IMG/VR virus record: IMGVR_UViG_3300025110_000022
Span: 1-49,528 of that record
DNA: 49,528 nt
From: a virus
Taxonomy: Duplodnaviria; Caudoviricetes
Direction: 5' to 3' (one strand)
Both the position numbers and the translations under genes were made by a program. The notes beneath the pieces are model-generated. The model was given only the letters and a program-made list of their open reading frames with translations. It searched no databases and was not told the DNA's origin. How positions within the stretch are numbered: the first letter of the stretch is position 1; each line of letters begins with the position of its first letter. Of this stretch, positions 7,471 to 16,628 are shown piece by piece.

Positions 7471-7635
7471 ATGGACAAAGAGAAACTAAAACTAATTGTC
7501 AGGAATCTTAAACTCTTAGTTGATTCATTAGAGTCTGAGGTTCATGCTGATGATCTAGGAGTAAATCCAATTCCTGAATCAGTAGAATATTCTACACCAA
7601 TTCATGATTATGATGAAATTTTTGAGGATGATTGA
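7471..7635 (+). CDS. Hypothetical cyanophage protein
   Basis: MDKEKLKLIVRNLKLLVDSLESEV; ATAAATA late-type motif upstream at 7460. Confidence 0.7.
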   Translation: MDKEKLKLIVRNLKLLVDSLESEVHADDLGVNPIPESVEYSTPIHDYDEIFEDD

Positions 7636-7850
7636 TGGATAGTAAGACCAGACAATATGCATTGTCTTTATTACTGAAGACTTTTGGGAACACCCATGAG
7701 AATAGAGCTATCTATGAATGTGCTGATGAGTGGTGCAGTAAACAAATGACGACGAGTGGAATAGTTTCATATTTTAAAGCGTACTACGGTAAGTATGAAA
7801 GACAAGAAGGCAGCAAAATTAATCATCAAGAGGGCAAAGGAACATCCTGA
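7635..7850 (+). CDS. Hypothetical protein
   Basis: Coupled ORF; IYECADEW motif. Confidence 0.6.
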   Translation: MDSKTRQYALSLLLKTFGNTHENRAIYECADEWCSKQMTTSGIVSYFKAYYGKYERQEGSKINHQEGKGTS

Positions 7851-8070
7851 ACTGTATAGTAAAGAAGAAGTAAGATTCGCTAAAACCTTTAGAAAACAAC
7901 TCAAACTTGAAAAGAAACAACATGAACGTGAAGTTAGTGAGCGTAACTCCAGAAGCAGAAAAGATGATGGGGTACGTAGCCAGAGTGAGCAACCCAAAGA
8001 ACCAAGACAATCCAAACGTCAGTGGTTTGTTGGGTTATTGCATAAAGCACGGGCATTGGTCCGTCTTTGA
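7795..8070 (+). CDS. Basic hypothetical protein; its C-terminus overlaps thyX
   Basis: MKDKKAAKLIIKRAKEHPELY fills the gap before thyX. Confidence 0.5.
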   Translation: MKDKKAAKLIIKRAKEHPELYSKEEVRFAKTFRKQLKLEKKQHEREVSERNSRSRKDDGVRSQSEQPKEPRQSKRQWFVGLLHKARALVRL

Positions 8071-8557
8071 ACAAGCATTTATGACTCTAGAGATTGAAAC
8101 TACTAGAGGATTAGCAGCTCAGATACTAAGACATAGATCATTTACATACCAAGAGTTTTCTCAAAGGTATGCTGATAGTAGTTTACTTGGTGAAGAGATT
8201 CCTTTACCAGAACTACGCAGACAAGATAAAAAGAATCGTCAGAATAGTATTGATGACATTGGTTCTTTGTTACAGAAATGGTATAATTGGAGAATGGATA
8301 GACATTTTAAGTGTGGTATGAATTTATATAAAAAGATGCTTGCTGATGGTATAGCAAAAGAGTCTGCTAGGTTTGTATTACCTCTTGCTACTCCTACTAA
8401 AATCTATATGACTGGTAGTGTAAGGTCATGGATACATTATATTAACTTACGTTCTGGACATGGAACACAGAAAGAGCATATGGATATTGCAAATGGATGT
8501 AAGGAAATATTCTCTCAACAATTCCCAGTAGTGGCAGAAGCCCTTGCTTGGGTCTAA
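7922..8557 (+). CDS. thyX: FAD-dependent thymidylate synthase
   Basis: HWSVFEQ, QILRHRSFTYQEFSQRY signature, ARFVLP. Confidence 0.97.
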   Translation: MNVKLVSVTPEAEKMMGYVARVSNPKNQDNPNVSGLLGYCIKHGHWSVFEQAFMTLEIETTRGLAAQILRHRSFTYQEFSQRYADSSLLGEEIPLPELRRQDKKNRQNSIDDIGSLLQKWYNWRMDRHFKCGMNLYKKMLADGIAKESARFVLPLATPTKIYMTGSVRSWIHYINLRSGHGTQKEHMDIANGCKEIFSQQFPVVAEALAWV

Positions 8558-8580
8558 ATAACATCACATTATTAATTTCT

Positions 8581-8862
8581 ATGGCAACTTACCCTGTAGT
8601 TAACACAAAAACTGGTGAACAAAAGGAAGTCGTGATGAGCGTTCATGACTGGACTCAGTGGTGTACTGATAATCCTAATTGGTTAAGAGATTATTCTGAC
8701 CCATCTACCCTTCCTGGATTTGGTGAGGTGGGTGAATGGAAAGATAAACTCATTAATAAGAATCCTGGATGGGGTGAAGTCCTCAAGAAGGCCGAAAAAT
8801 CTGGAGGCATTAATGCGAGACTAGCCAAAAAAGGTATTGGTACAACACAGGGGGACGATTAG
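8581..8862 (+). CDS. Conserved hypothetical protein preceding phoH (FmdB-like regulatory family, degenerate)
   Basis: MATYPVVNTKTGEQKEVVMS...PGWGEVLKK; conserved position upstream of phoH. Confidence 0.7.
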   Translation: MATYPVVNTKTGEQKEVVMSVHDWTQWCTDNPNWLRDYSDPSTLPGFGEVGEWKDKLINKNPGWGEVLKKAEKSGGINARLAKKGIGTTQGDD

Positions 8863-8863
8863 T

Positions 8864-9619
8864 ATGCCAAGGAAGAAGAAGGGTGATGATCCCATTGGAG
8901 TTGGACTGACTGCTAAGCAAATGAGAAGGAAAAAACCAATCAATGCTGATTTACTTGTTGACATTGACCCTCTTACACCCAATCAAGAGAAGTTCTTTAA
9001 AGAATATGATGCTGGAAAGCATCTTTTTGCTTATGGATGTGCTGGTACAGGTAAGACATTTATTGCCCTATACAAAGCACTTAAAGAAGTCCTTGATTTA
9101 GATACACCATACGAAAAGATTTACATCGTTCGTTCTCTTGTTTCTACACGTGAAATTGGTTTCCTACCTGGAGATCATGAGGATAAGTCTTATCTTTTTC
9201 AGGTTCCATACAAGAAGATGGTGAAGTATATGTTTCAGATGCCATCTGATACAGACTTTGAAATGCTTTATGGTAATCTTAAAACTCAAGAGACTATGAC
9301 GTTCTGGAGTACCTCATTTATCAGAGGAACTACATTAGATAATTCAATTGTTATAGTTGATGAATGCCAGAACTTGAATTTTCACGAGTTAGATAGTATA
9401 ATAACTAGGGTAGGAGATAATACTAAAATTATTTTCTCAGGTGACGGAGTTCAAACAGATCTTCGTAACAACCATGAACGTGCTGGCCTAGGTGACTTTA
9501 TGAAAGTTATTTCTATGATGGAATCCTTTGCTACAATTGAATTCGGTATCGATGATATTGTTCGTTCGGGATTAGTTAAAGAATACATCTTAGCAAAGAA
9601 CTCTTTAGGTATGTTATGA
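8864..9619 (+). CDS. phoH: PhoH-family ATPase
   Basis: GCAGTGKT, IGFLPG, FIRGTT, IVDECQN and GDGVQTD motifs. Confidence 0.96.
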   Translation: MPRKKKGDDPIGVGLTAKQMRRKKPINADLLVDIDPLTPNQEKFFKEYDAGKHLFAYGCAGTGKTFIALYKALKEVLDLDTPYEKIYIVRSLVSTREIGFLPGDHEDKSYLFQVPYKKMVKYMFQMPSDTDFEMLYGNLKTQETMTFWSTSFIRGTTLDNSIVIVDECQNLNFHELDSIITRVGDNTKIIFSGDGVQTDLRNNHERAGLGDFMKVISMMESFATIEFGIDDIVRSGLVKEYILAKNSLGML

Positions 9620-10299
9620 CCTTTGATCATTGTAATTTTCTCGGTGACATTGAATTAGAAAAAAAGGAAACACCTGGTTGTAGACTCTATCAAGTCCCCA
9701 ATGGTGAGTGGGTTCCTTCAATAACTTCTGTTACTAGTTTCTATAATCGACACATCTTTGCCAAATGGCGTAAGAGAGTTGGAGAGGAAGAAGCGAATCG
9801 AATTACTAAGAAAGCAACTACTCGTGGTACTGATTACCATGAGGCAGCACAGGCTTACTTAGAGAATAAAGACTTGGAATGGAATAACTTCCTTCCTGCT
9901 ACACAATTTATGTTCCATCATGCTAAACCTTACCTTGATAAGATTCAAAATGTTCATGCAATCGAACGTACTCTCTACTCAGAGTATCTTGGCATTGCTG
10001 GTCGTGTTGATTGCATTGCTGAATATGAGGGTGAACTAGCAGTCATAGACTTTAAGACTTCTGAAAAGATTAAACCAGAGAAGTGGTTGGAAAACTATTT
10101 CGTACAAGAAACTGCATACGCATGTATGTATTATGAGTTGACTGGTATACCTGTTAAGAAACTTATTACTATGATGGTAACCCCAGGAGGAGATGTAAAA
10201 GTATTTGACAAAAGGAACAAAGACGAGTATATTAAGCTATTAGTAAAGTACATTAAGAAATTTGTCTCCAATAATCTCCAGTCTCATGGTAATGGATAA
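9616..10299 (+). CDS. PD-(D/E)xK exonuclease
   Basis: PSITSV, RGTDYH, AGRVDCI...IDFKTS, YFVQETAY. Confidence 0.9.
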   Translation: MTFDHCNFLGDIELEKKETPGCRLYQVPNGEWVPSITSVTSFYNRHIFAKWRKRVGEEEANRITKKATTRGTDYHEAAQAYLENKDLEWNNFLPATQFMFHHAKPYLDKIQNVHAIERTLYSEYLGIAGRVDCIAEYEGELAVIDFKTSEKIKPEKWLENYFVQETAYACMYYELTGIPVKKLITMMVTPGGDVKVFDKRNKDEYIKLLVKYIKKFVSNNLQSHGNG

Positions 10300-10549
10300 A
10301 GAACTAAACGCAGTACTAGAAAAGAAATTCCTTTGCCCTTCAAAGTTTGCACAGGACATTGAAAAGTTAGTACATGAAAATGATTCACTCAATTACATTG
10401 AAGCAATCATTGTATACTGTGACCAGAACACGATAGAACTAGAGTCAGTACCTAAACTTTTATCGAAACCTCTCAAAGAGAAACTTAAATACGATGCACA
10501 AGAGTTGAACTTTTTAAAACGCACATCCCGTGCGAAATTGCCGATTTAG
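10292..10549 (+). CDS. gp33: Late promoter transcription coactivator gp33
   Basis: FAQDIE...YIEAI...LKEKLKYDAQELNFL; synteny with gp59 and gp32. Confidence 0.88.
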   Translation: MDKELNAVLEKKFLCPSKFAQDIEKLVHENDSLNYIEAIIVYCDQNTIELESVPKLLSKPLKEKLKYDAQELNFLKRTSRAKLPI

Positions 10550-10610
10550 TTTCATAAAAGCTCCAAAAAAAATCCTGCCAATTTTTCCCCCTATTACTTT
10601 TTTTAAAATG
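10542..10610 (+). repeat. Dispersed ~65-nt leader element, copy 1
   Basis: CGATTT..CATAAAAGCTCCA8TCCTGCCAAT5CCCCCTATTACT7AAAATG, similar to 30462-30533. Confidence 0.75.
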
Positions 10611-10763
10611 GAAGATGATCATTATCACATAAACGATCTATGGGAAGACATGGATAGACTCAACGCTTTATATGAAGAGTTGATGTGGTCTCATGATGTT
10701 CAGTTAGAATTTAAAGCAGACTACGACAACAACCGAATTATTATTCAACCACTAGATGGATGA
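10608..10763 (+). CDS. Small acidic hypothetical protein
   Basis: MEDDHYHINDLWEDMDRLNALYEELMW... Confidence 0.7.
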   Translation: MEDDHYHINDLWEDMDRLNALYEELMWSHDVQLEFKADYDNNRIIIQPLDG

Positions 10764-11356
10764 TGCCCTTTGAATGTTATAAAACTTATCTGGCAATGAA
10801 GAATCACTTCACCAAGGATAAGTATGATTATCACAAGTATTGTGGTAGGTCCCGTGCATCTTTACAATCATTCTATAAGCGTAAAGACAGGTACTTTTTT
10901 GAGAAGATGTCTAGAGCACATCCAGACAAGGAGATTGAGGATTATTTTGTAGCTAACTTTGCATCCTGTAAAGATCCAGAGACATTGTGGATAGGAGAGA
11001 TAATAAAGGAAGGAGATGGTAATTTTAAACAGTGGCAGAAGAAAGTTCAGTCACTGTCTTATGTTTTTAAGGAAGATGCTGGTATATTATTTGATAGGAA
11101 GGTGGATGAGGTGTTTGATTGTAACAATGGACACCCTCATATATTAAAAAGTTACTTGGGTGGTTACACTACTCTTGAAACTCTGGTGATATGTGATAGA
11201 ATACTTGGGTACGTTAAAAACTTTGATAAAAAGTTGAAGGATCCGGTGTGGGAAACCGTCAGTAGACGGATTAAAAAATATACACCCTTCCTAAATATTA
11301 ATGTACCACATTATAAAAAAGTCCTTAAGGAGGTTGTTATTCATGGCTCTCAATAA
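10760..11356 (+). CDS. gp59: Helicase loader gp59
   Basis: YKTYLAMKNHF...YDYHKY...FYKRKDRYFFEK; synteny. Confidence 0.9.
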   Translation: MMPFECYKTYLAMKNHFTKDKYDYHKYCGRSRASLQSFYKRKDRYFFEKMSRAHPDKEIEDYFVANFASCKDPETLWIGEIIKEGDGNFKQWQKKVQSLSYVFKEDAGILFDRKVDEVFDCNNGHPHILKSYLGGYTTLETLVICDRILGYVKNFDKKLKDPVWETVSRRIKKYTPFLNINVPHYKKVLKEVVIHGSQ

Positions 11357-11501
11357 TGATGAAGTTCTTGAAAGTTTAAAGAGTCAGTTGATTACTGTCA
11401 GTGAAACTCGTCTTAAACTTCTAGGTGCTATCGATGTTCTAGAACAAATTAGAGATGGTGTAAGTGAAACAGAAACTCCTGAGGAGGATGAAAGAAATTG
11501 A
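11343..11501 (+). CDS. Small coiled-coil hypothetical protein
   Basis: GGAGG SD; LKLLGAIDVLEQI. Confidence 0.65.
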   Translation: MALNNDEVLESLKSQLITVSETRLKLLGAIDVLEQIRDGVSETETPEEDERN

Positions 11502-11839
11502 CGTTTTTTGATTCAGACCTTGTTCGTAAGGAAATGACAGACATTCAAGATCTTCAAGAGGAGGTCTATGGAAGCGTCTTTAATTTTCCTCAAATGGATA
11601 ATGAATCTAAAGCAGAACATATTGAACTGCTTCAGGAACTTCTTGAAAAACAGAGGATTCTATACACTCGTATGAGTTTATCAGATGATCCTGCTGCCAA
11701 GAAGATGAAAGAGAATATCGAACAGTCTGCTGTTATGATGGGGATGCCCAAAGATGTTAACATGGCAGCCGTCTTTGCCAATATGGACAAGATGATTGAT
11801 GTGATGAAACAGCAGGTTGACAATACCTCTTCTGAGTAG
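11498..11839 (+). CDS. DUF1825-like protein
   Basis: FFDSDLVR...LLEKQRILYTRMSLSDDP motif. Confidence 0.8.
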   Translation: MTFFDSDLVRKEMTDIQDLQEEVYGSVFNFPQMDNESKAEHIELLQELLEKQRILYTRMSLSDDPAAKKMKENIEQSAVMMGMPKDVNMAAVFANMDKMIDVMKQQVDNTSSE

Positions 11840-11845
11840 TATAAT
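11817..11845 (+). promoter_or_regulatory. Consensus sigma70 promoter for gp32
   Basis: TTGACA-N17-TATAAT, perfect consensus. Confidence 0.88.
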
Positions 11846-11855
11846 AAAAAGGTAC

Positions 11856-11888
11856 ACAAAAGCCAAATCCAAAAACAAAAGCCAAATC
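11856..11888 (+). repeat. Direct repeat in the gp32 leader (putative autogenous translational operator)
   Basis: ACAAAAGCCAAATC at 11856-11869 and 11875-11888, directly before the ATG. Confidence 0.65.
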
Positions 11889-11889
11889 T

Positions 11890-12783
11890 ATGTCTTTTTC
11901 AAGTCTAAAGAAACAGTCTTCTCTCGGTTCGCTCACCTCCAAATTAGTTAAGGAGATCGAGAAGACAAGTACTACCAGAGGTGGTGCTGATGAGCGACTT
12001 TGGAAACCAGAACTGGATAAATCCGGTAATGGTTATGCTGTCATTCGATTCCTTCCTGCACCTGATGGTGAGGATCTACCTTGGGCAAAGGTTTATTCTC
12101 ATGCATTCCAAGGTCCTGGTGGATGGTACATTGAGAACTCTCTTACTACTTCTGGTGGTAAAGATCCTGTATCAGAATACAATCGTGACTTATGGAACAG
12201 CGGTAATGATGCTGATAAGGATGTTGTTCGTAGACAGAAGCGTAAGCTTTCCTACTATGCAAATATCTACGTTGTAAAAGACCCAGTTAATCCTCATAAT
12301 GAAGGAGGAGTCTTCCTATTCAAGTTTGGGAAGAAGATTTTTGATAAGTTAACCGCAGCTATGCAGCCTGAGTTTGAAGATGAGACACCCATTAATCCTT
12401 TCGATTTCTGGCAAGGTGCAAACTTCAAGCTTAAGATACGCAAGGTTGATGGTTACTGGAATTATGACAAGTCAGAGTTTGATGCTCCTGCACCTCTGCT
12501 TGCTGACGATGACGCACTTGAAGCACTCTGGAAAAAAGAGTACTCTGTTGCTGAGTTTACCTCACCATCTAACTTCAAATCATACGAAGATTTAGAACGT
12601 CGTCTTAAGTCTGTTCTTGGACAGAAGCAAGCACAACGCCCTCGTTTTGATGAGGAAGTTGAAACAGAGGATAATGCACGTGCTCCTGTTGTAGCAGCAG
12701 TTGCTGCTCCTGTTACTACACAGTCAACAGATGCTGATGAAGATGATGCTTTAAGTTATTTTCAGAAACTTGCTAACGAATAG
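11890..12783 (+). CDS. gp32: Single-stranded DNA-binding protein gp32
   Basis: GNGYAVIRFLP, WYIENSLTT, GANFKLK, NYDKSEF, acidic tail. Confidence 0.97.
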   Translation: MSFSSLKKQSSLGSLTSKLVKEIEKTSTTRGGADERLWKPELDKSGNGYAVIRFLPAPDGEDLPWAKVYSHAFQGPGGWYIENSLTTSGGKDPVSEYNRDLWNSGNDADKDVVRRQKRKLSYYANIYVVKDPVNPHNEGGVFLFKFGKKIFDKLTAAMQPEFEDETPINPFDFWQGANFKLKIRKVDGYWNYDKSEFDAPAPLLADDDALEALWKKEYSVAEFTSPSNFKSYEDLERRLKSVLGQKQAQRPRFDEEVETEDNARAPVVAAVAAPVTTQSTDADEDDALSYFQKLANE

Positions 12784-13443
12784 TTAACCTAAGTTGGGAT
12801 TACTTCCCTTCTTTAATTTCGGGTTAATGTATTCACTTGATGGTTCGTAGTCTAGTAGAGTTTCTACTTCGTCTACAACATACGATAAAAATCTAGACTC
12901 TAGGATGTTGATATTTCTTTTATCATCCTGGAGTCTTTCTTCATATGTACGATAACTAATACCTACTATAGGACTTACTTCAATTAATTGATTAGTCCCA
13001 CTATCTAAGAAGGTTGTTTTAAATGTAGAGTCAACAATCTTTCCTTTAGGTACAAATATTTTTCCTTTAGAGTCTTTGATTTGTATAGTTTCATAGTGTT
13101 TAATTAAATCTACTCCACCAGTGTCACCATATTTTTCTGAGAGATAGTTATTAAAATCTCCCTGTGTCATTGGCCATTCATCTCTTACGTTGATTATATT
13201 ATTAGAAATAAGTACTACCCAATCTAAGTCTTCATCACCGTATAATTTATAAGCAACTTGATCAGGCCTTTCATCTCCTACTATTTTATACTTAGTAAAA
13301 GCCATGAAGTCAGTAAAGATATCTTCTCTTACTATTGCACGACGAAATAAGTTTTTGACTTCTAAGAAGTCACGATTAGATTTTCTCTCATTAATACGTG
13401 AGATGTAATCAAAGTTTGGGAGTTGTTTAAAGTAATTAGACAT
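12784..13443 (-). CDS. gp53: Baseplate wedge protein gp53
   Basis: YF..P, ERPDQVAYKLYGD..LDWVVLISNNI...EWP. Confidence 0.92.
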   Translation of the reverse strand: MSNYFKQLPNFDYISRINERKSNRDFLEVKNLFRRAIVREDIFTDFMAFTKYKIVGDERPDQVAYKLYGDEDLDWVVLISNNIINVRDEWPMTQGDFNNYLSEKYGDTGGVDLIKHYETIQIKDSKGKIFVPKGKIVDSTFKTTFLDSGTNQLIEVSPIVGISYRTYEERLQDDKRNINILESRFLSYVVDEVETLLDYEPSSEYINPKLKKGSNPNLG

Positions 13444-14720
13444 TAGTAACCTATCATAGAGTCGTCGTTTCCATCTAAGTCCGTATAATCTTGATCAAAG
13501 ATTGGATCTAGTTCTTCCATTGACATTCCTATTTCATATGCAGTCATTGATTTGTTTGGTAATGTCATATATGTTCCGTCTGGTACATAGTTAACAGTAA
13601 AACCTGTTATCGCAGTCCGTTTCATTTTGAATAAGAATGGATGCTCTTCACTGTATCCAGCATGGAAGCATACATCAAATACATTAGGAGTATCTAAGTA
13701 TAGACCACTACCAACTGATTGTTTTGCTGACATTCCTTGCTTAAAGAATCTAATAATTTTTTTAATTATTAGTGTTTCTTTTGAACTTCTAGCAGTTAAT
13801 CTAAAACTATAATTGAATGCACGTCTTGCTGGTCCAGTGAACAGCAGTTCCATATTAGGATTAATGACTTGTCCTTGTCCTCTAGCAAGTAGTTGTGCAG
13901 TATTAGCACCAAGTCCTCCTATCTGACTCATTAAAGTAGTCTTTGCATATTGACCAATTTCTCCTCCATCTTTTTTAGCAAGGTCTACAAAACTATTAAT
14001 TGAATTACCTATTTGATTACCAAATCCCTCAAAACCACCTGGTGGATTCATTACTTTTGTTGCTTCTATAGCACCAGCCATCTGGAGATTGTTCATAGAA
14101 CTTTCACCCCAGTTAACAGTGTTGCTATCTCCAAGTCCTGGTGGTATAGGTAGAATAACAGAACCTAGAGGATTCATTGCTCTGGTGGATGCCCTATTTT
14201 TCCTACCTCTTAAAAATTTACCAGGGACATACTGCTTCATAGTAATTCTCATGAAGTCTACGTCATCAGGAAGTTTTGCTAATGGGTAACGTAAATTTGC
14301 ATAAGAACCTCTTCCTGCTGTAGTTACTGCATCTTCTCCTTTACCTAATTTTCCTAGATTTAGAAGCTCTTCACCTTTATCTTTACCTCCTTCAGTATCT
14401 CCACCACCATCATCAATTTTTGTATTTGCTCCGTTTACTTTAGATCCCCATTCCTCTATAGTCTTATCACTAACATCATTCTTGTTTATAATATTTCCCA
14501 TTTGAGATCTGAGTTGGGAACCAGCAGATGCTGTCATCCCACTACCAGGTTGTTCCCCACTCCATATACTTCCATCAGAACCTGCAAATAAACCATCAAC
14601 ATTTTGAGTGTATGTGGTTCCATCAACAGTTACTGTTGGTGCAACAGAAGGATTATCTGGATCAAAGGACAAGACTGCCCTTCCATCATTTGTTGAAACA
14701 CTAGCGTTTGTTAATCCCAC
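13443..14720 (-). CDS. gp48: Baseplate tail-tube cap gp48
   Basis: LRYP, NPNMELLFTGP..RAFNYSF, NYVPDG, FEEL-like motif. Confidence 0.85.
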   Translation of the reverse strand: MGLTNASVSTNDGRAVLSFDPDNPSVAPTVTVDGTTYTQNVDGLFAGSDGSIWSGEQPGSGMTASAGSQLRSQMGNIINKNDVSDKTIEEWGSKVNGANTKIDDGGGDTEGGKDKGEELLNLGKLGKGEDAVTTAGRGSYANLRYPLAKLPDDVDFMRITMKQYVPGKFLRGRKNRASTRAMNPLGSVILPIPPGLGDSNTVNWGESSMNNLQMAGAIEATKVMNPPGGFEGFGNQIGNSINSFVDLAKKDGGEIGQYAKTTLMSQIGGLGANTAQLLARGQGQVINPNMELLFTGPARRAFNYSFRLTARSSKETLIIKKIIRFFKQGMSAKQSVGSGLYLDTPNVFDVCFHAGYSEEHPFLFKMKRTAITGFTVNYVPDGTYMTLPNKSMTAYEIGMSMEELDPIFDQDYTDLDGNDDSMIGY

Positions 14721-14730
14721 AGTTATCTTT

Positions 14731-15102
14731 TTAGTTATTTAGAACAAAATTTTGATAGGGAATTGTCTTGAGCTCATCAATCTCCATTGGGTTCACATAA
14801 TATAACTGTCCTACTACCTCCATGAAGGTATAGTTCCTCATTCTATTCCAATGGAAGTTGTATCCCTTGAATCCATTTGGCATATATTCTGTTACAGCAA
14901 CGAGAGGATTAGTATCGTATGTAATGTTAGGAGTCTTTGCCTTGTAGATGAAGGTATAGTAGTTTCCTAAGTCAGGTACTGGTGTTACACCATCAGATAG
15001 ACGATCAATGATATCTACCATTAAATCATCAGCATCTTCTGTACCTATAAGGTTCTTCACCATACCAGTGAGTCTATTTCCGTAGGGTTTATCTAACTCC
15101 AA
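14731..15102 (-). CDS. Short gp2 (DNA end protector)-like protein
   Basis: YYTFIYKAKT...YDTNPLV...GFKGYNFHW; adjacent to gp4. Confidence 0.6.
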   Translation of the reverse strand: MELDKPYGNRLTGMVKNLIGTEDADDLMVDIIDRLSDGVTPVPDLGNYYTFIYKAKTPNITYDTNPLVAVTEYMPNGFKGYNFHWNRMRNYTFMEVVGQLYYVNPMEIDELKTIPYQNFVLNN

Positions 15103-15526
15103 GTTCTTTTTCCGTAACGATTTTAAAGGTTAGTTGTCTGTTTTCACAAAATGATTTAGCAGCCTTCCATTTTGCTTGGTTCTTTGCATACTCTGCTATT
15201 TCACGGATGAAAGTTCTCTTTTGTTTCTTTCCCTTTACAGGAGGAACACAATGTTTCATCGGTTTAACTTCAATCACATATCTCATTAATTTACCATCAT
15301 TTTCTTTGATCTTCATGTAGAAGTCTGGGAAGTAACGATGGACTCTATTATCTAGAGGTGAACGATAGGGTATAAAGAATTCTTCACTACCCCATTCAAG
15401 TATATTTACATTACGATCACACCATTTCATAAATTTTAGTTCCCAAAGGGATCTATAAATGATGTTTCTTACGTCACCCTTGTACTTATTTTGTTGAGTA
15501 GGGATAAATCTACCTTTATATGACAT
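15089..15526 (-). CDS. gp4: Head completion nuclease gp4 (TnsA-like)
   Basis: KYKGD...YRSLWE, WGSEE, HRYFPDF, IEVKP, NQAKW. Confidence 0.93.
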   Translation of the reverse strand: MSYKGRFIPTQQNKYKGDVRNIIYRSLWELKFMKWCDRNVNILEWGSEEFFIPYRSPLDNRVHRYFPDFYMKIKENDGKLMRYVIEVKPMKHCVPPVKGKKQKRTFIREIAEYAKNQAKWKAAKSFCENRQLTFKIVTEKELGVR

Positions 15527-15559
15527 ACATAGTATAGGGAAACACCATATGGTATTTAG

Positions 15560-16591
15560 ATGGCTGGCAACATACCAGGTACAAGATATAGTACAAGAGA
15601 TTTTTTAAGCAAGTTTGGAAATCTTGCTCAGTCAAGTCTGTATAGAGTCCATTGGGCATGGCCTTCAGAGGTACAGTCATATTTGTCAGCACAGAAGATA
15701 CCTAATATTTTAATGAATGAGGGTAGTGTTCTTTGTAAAGCAACTTCACTCCCTGGTTCTTCATTGTCAACACATGATGCTTCTACTGACTTCTATGGCG
15801 TAACTGAGAAGAGTGCATATCGTCGTTCTTTTGATGGGACTATTGATTTGACATTTTATATTGATAGTGATTATGGAATGCTTTATATGTTTGAAGGATG
15901 GTTGGAATATATTATGCAATTGAATGGTGGTAGTGATTCACCATCTGCTTCTTATCATGCTTCTTATCCTGAGGATTATAGAAGACCTCTTTATCTTTAT
16001 AAGTTTAACAAGGATCATCAGGGCGTACCTTCATCAAGAAGAGGAGTACATGGAGCAGCTGCTAATGCGTATGGTAAATCAGGGGAGATAACATATACAT
16101 TCGTCGATGCTTTTCCTCAAAATATATCATCAACAACTGTTTCATATGATCCTTCTCAGAACCTTGAGTTTACTGTAACCTTTGCTTATACTAGGTATAT
16201 AACTGATAGAACTCTGAGTAGGAATAGTGGTGGTGGTGCTCCTCCTGACATAGGAAGAAATCAATCTACTAAGAGTGCTCCAAAAGATAATCCTTCTGAT
16301 CCAAAAACGAGATGGGTTGGTAAAAATTCTACATTTGTTGATAGAAATGGTAAAGTTATTATGCCAAGAGTAGATGATCTTGGAAATGTTGTAGGAGCAG
16401 GGTTGGGTGAGATGATTAACCAACCAACAGGTGAGGGTGGAAAACGTAATGAAGCACTTAAAGGGAAGAACGTTAATACTAATGATGGTGGTGGAAATTC
16501 TACTATAGATGGTTCTATTGGTGACTTTGGTGGAACAGGTACAACTAGTGGAGATATTGCTTTAGCAAGAGCAAGAGAAAAGTCTGTATAA
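15560..16591 (+). CDS. Tail-tube-like baseplate/tube junction protein (gp54-like)
   Basis: LCKATSLPG, IDLTFYID, DAFP...FTVTFAY tube-fold motifs; synteny. Confidence 0.7.
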   Translation: MAGNIPGTRYSTRDFLSKFGNLAQSSLYRVHWAWPSEVQSYLSAQKIPNILMNEGSVLCKATSLPGSSLSTHDASTDFYGVTEKSAYRRSFDGTIDLTFYIDSDYGMLYMFEGWLEYIMQLNGGSDSPSASYHASYPEDYRRPLYLYKFNKDHQGVPSSRRGVHGAAANAYGKSGEITYTFVDAFPQNISSTTVSYDPSQNLEFTVTFAYTRYITDRTLSRNSGGGAPPDIGRNQSTKSAPKDNPSDPKTRWVGKNSTFVDRNGKVIMPRVDDLGNVVGAGLGEMINQPTGEGGKRNEALKGKNVNTNDGGGNSTIDGSIGDFGGTGTTSGDIALARAREKSV

Positions 16592-16628
16592 ACTTGCTAA
16601 ATAAACACACATAATATTATATTTTGTT

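Noticed and set aside
7922-8070. Overlap of the basic ORF tail with thyX as deliberate dual coding
   Set aside because: The tail looks like incidental read-through; there is no independent evidence of selection.
9616-10299. Cas4 / CRISPR system
   Set aside because: This is a core T4-like PD-(D/E)xK exonuclease without the Cas4 Fe-S cysteine pattern; no repeat-spacer array is seen in the window.
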